Source of the DNA: Nitrospirota bacterium
Lineage (GTDB): Bacteria > Nitrospirota > UBA9217
Assembly (NCBI GenBank): GCA_963818475.1
Contig: CAWFSF010000006.1
Span: 64,001 to 128,000, forward strand
Direction: 5' to 3'
DNA: 64,000 bases
Shown piece by piece: positions 62,313 through 64,000 of this stretch. Each line of letters opens with the position of its first letter. Position 1 is the first letter of the stretch. Made by a program: the position numbers and the translations under genes. The notes below the pieces were generated by a model, which worked only from the letters and a program-made list of their open reading frames with translations, searched no databases and was not told the DNA's origin.

Positions 62313-63308
62313 ATGCAAGCACCTCTGGTAAGCATCAAAATGATCACTTACAACCACGCGCCTTTCATCGCCCAGGCGATCGAGGGGGTTTTGCAGCAAA
62401 AGACGAACTTCCCTTTCGAGCTGATCATCGGGGAGGACTGTTCCACCGACGGCACACGGGAGATCGTTCTTGAATATCAAAAAAAGTATCCTGATATTAT
62501 TCGCATGGTGACGTCTGATAAAAACGTCGGAATGAAAAAAAACAGCCTGCGCACCATGAAAGCATGCCAGGGGAAGTATATCGCCTATTGTGAGGGCGAT
62601 GATTATTGGCAGCGTCCAGACAAATTGCAAAAACAGGCGGATTATCTTGACAACCACCCCGAATGCGGACTGGTGTATTCCAGTTATGACGTATACCATG
62701 TCGCATCCGGGGAAAAGATAAGCGATTTTATAAAATACCGGAAAATAAAGATGGTGGTGAATCCCAATATATCCGACATTGTTGATGGCAAAAACAACCC
62801 TCAAACCTGTACCGTTATGGCTCGACGGAATCTTTGTGAGCAGATTATTGAATCGGATGCTTACCTTCACAAAAGCGAGAATTTCCTCATGGGCGACACC
62901 CAACTATGGGCGGAAATGGCAACGAAAGCTCGACTCTATTGTATTCCAGAGTCACTGGCGACTTATAATATTACAGAAGAATCAGCAACGAGAAGCAGTG
63001 ATGTGACGAAGACGATACGGTTTTCAATTTCAAATGCTAAGCTTATGCTTTATCTTTGCTACAAATACAATCTTCCTCAACCGATGGTATATAAGTATGA
63101 AAAATATTATGAAATATGCTCCTTGAAACTAGCATTCCATACAAGAAATACGAAGTTTGTAGATGAGATGCGCAGAAAGAACAAGACATTTACGTGCGAG
63201 GAGTGGCTTCTCTATTGGGGGGCGAAGAATTCGATGATTTATTATCCTGTTCAGCTAGCAGCCGTATTCCGCAACTTATTTAGAAAGAAGCATGATCAAT
63301 GGAGTTGA
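62313..63308 (+). CDS. Glycosyltransferase family 2
   Basis: PLVSI..TYNH, EDCSTDGT, CEGDDYW..KLQKQ. Confidence 0.9.
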   Translation: MQAPLVSIKMITYNHAPFIAQAIEGVLQQKTNFPFELIIGEDCSTDGTREIVLEYQKKYPDIIRMVTSDKNVGMKKNSLRTMKACQGKYIAYCEGDDYWQRPDKLQKQADYLDNHPECGLVYSSYDVYHVASGEKISDFIKYRKIKMVVNPNISDIVDGKNNPQTCTVMARRNLCEQIIESDAYLHKSENFLMGDTQLWAEMATKARLYCIPESLATYNITEESATRSSDVTKTIRFSISNAKLMLYLCYKYNLPQPMVYKYEKYYEICSLKLAFHTRNTKFVDEMRRKNKTFTCEEWLLYWGAKNSMIYYPVQLAAVFRNLFRKKHDQWS

Positions 63309-63445
63309 AATGGTGAGTTATTTGTGACTTTCAGAGCTTAAAAGGTCCGCTCTCTCGGACCAGCATAGATATATCTTTGGTGTCTCTTGGACTTCGAGTT
63401 GAAAACCTAACATTTGACTTATTCCAATCAGGAAACTGGTAAGAA

Positions 63446-64000
63446 ATGCAGCTATCAGACCAAAAGAGCGTCAACTCGAAAAGAGCCTGCATGCTTGCTT
63501 ACTCATTTTATGAAAGTGATAATCGAGTGAGAAGATATGCGGAAACTCTTGTCCGGCGTGGATATCGGGTCGATGCTGTTTCGCTCAGAAAAAATGGCCA
63601 ACCCCGTTATGAAAATATAAATGGTGTAAGAGTTTGCAGAATACAAGGCAGAATCCGTGACGAAAAAAATAAATTTTCATATTTGTATAGACTACTGAAA
63701 TTTTTTGTCAATTCAGCTTTCTTCATATCGAAGCGGCATCTGCACCGGCGGTATGATCTCATCCATGTGCATTCCGTTCCCGATTTTGAGGTCTTCGCGA
63801 CGTTTATTGCAAAAATGACAGGTGCCAGGATCATTCTCGATATTCATGATATCGTCCCAGAGTTCTATGCCAGCAAATTTAAAGTAAGCAAGGATTCTAT
63901 TGTCTTCAAGGCATTAACAATGGTCGAAAAGACATCTATTGCGTTCTCCGATCATGTGATCATTGCTAACCATATCTGGGAGAAAACACTTACCGCTCGC
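63446..64000 (+). CDS. Glycosyltransferase family 4, 3'-truncated by window edge
   Basis: Read manually: CMLAYSFYESDNRVRRYAETL..YDLIHVHSVPDF..ILDIHDIVPEFY. Confidence 0.85.
   Translation, partial: MQLSDQKSVNSKRACMLAYSFYESDNRVRRYAETLVRRGYRVDAVSLRKNGQPRYENINGVRVCRIQGRIRDEKNKFSYLYRLLKFFVNSAFFISKRHLHRRYDLIHVHSVPDFEVFATFIAKMTGARIILDIHDIVPEFYASKFKVSKDSIVFKALTMVEKTSIAFSDHVIIANHIWEKTLTAR

Overview
GC-rich bacterial chromosomal window, probably from an anaerobic Gram-negative diazotroph. The gene content is Nitrospirota/Desulfobacterota-like, which is an inference. Many single-base frameshifts, mostly before ~37.8 kb, look like long-read consensus errors. Four blocks are present. (1) 0-14.4 kb is a nitrogen-fixation accessory and ammonium-uptake region: probably fused nifEN, nifX, nifI1/nifI2, a nif ferredoxin, a GNAT, a sigma54-driven SAM-only nifB, hesA, and a sigma54-driven porin-like gene-amtB-glnK operon. 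A two-cassette integron array carrying an ApeA-like HEPN gene splits it. (2) 15.3-22.7 kb is a decayed integron with attC-bounded cassettes, a group IIC-attC intron remnant, a RAYT-type HUH element with reiterated terminal repeats, an IS91-like remnant whose end carries an attC-like hairpin, and an intI fragment. (3) 23-31.4 kb holds a pentaheme cytochrome c with an in-frame UGA and SECIS-like hairpin (ExtKL-like selenoprotein), a TPR protein, a phosphatase, a diguanylate cyclase and glmS. (4) 31.9-64 kb is a sigma54/UpxY-associated exopolysaccharide cluster of PEP-CTERM/XrtA type. Its priming glycosyltransferase is fused to a degenerate GGDEF domain, and it embeds an acyl-CoA dehydrogenase/adenylation enzyme/ACP/amidohydrolase/FadF/EtfBA module. 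Several families of short palindromic, heptamer and nonamer repeats and nested MITE-like elements are scattered throughout, including inside nif coding sequence. No rRNA, tRNA or CRISPR array was seen.
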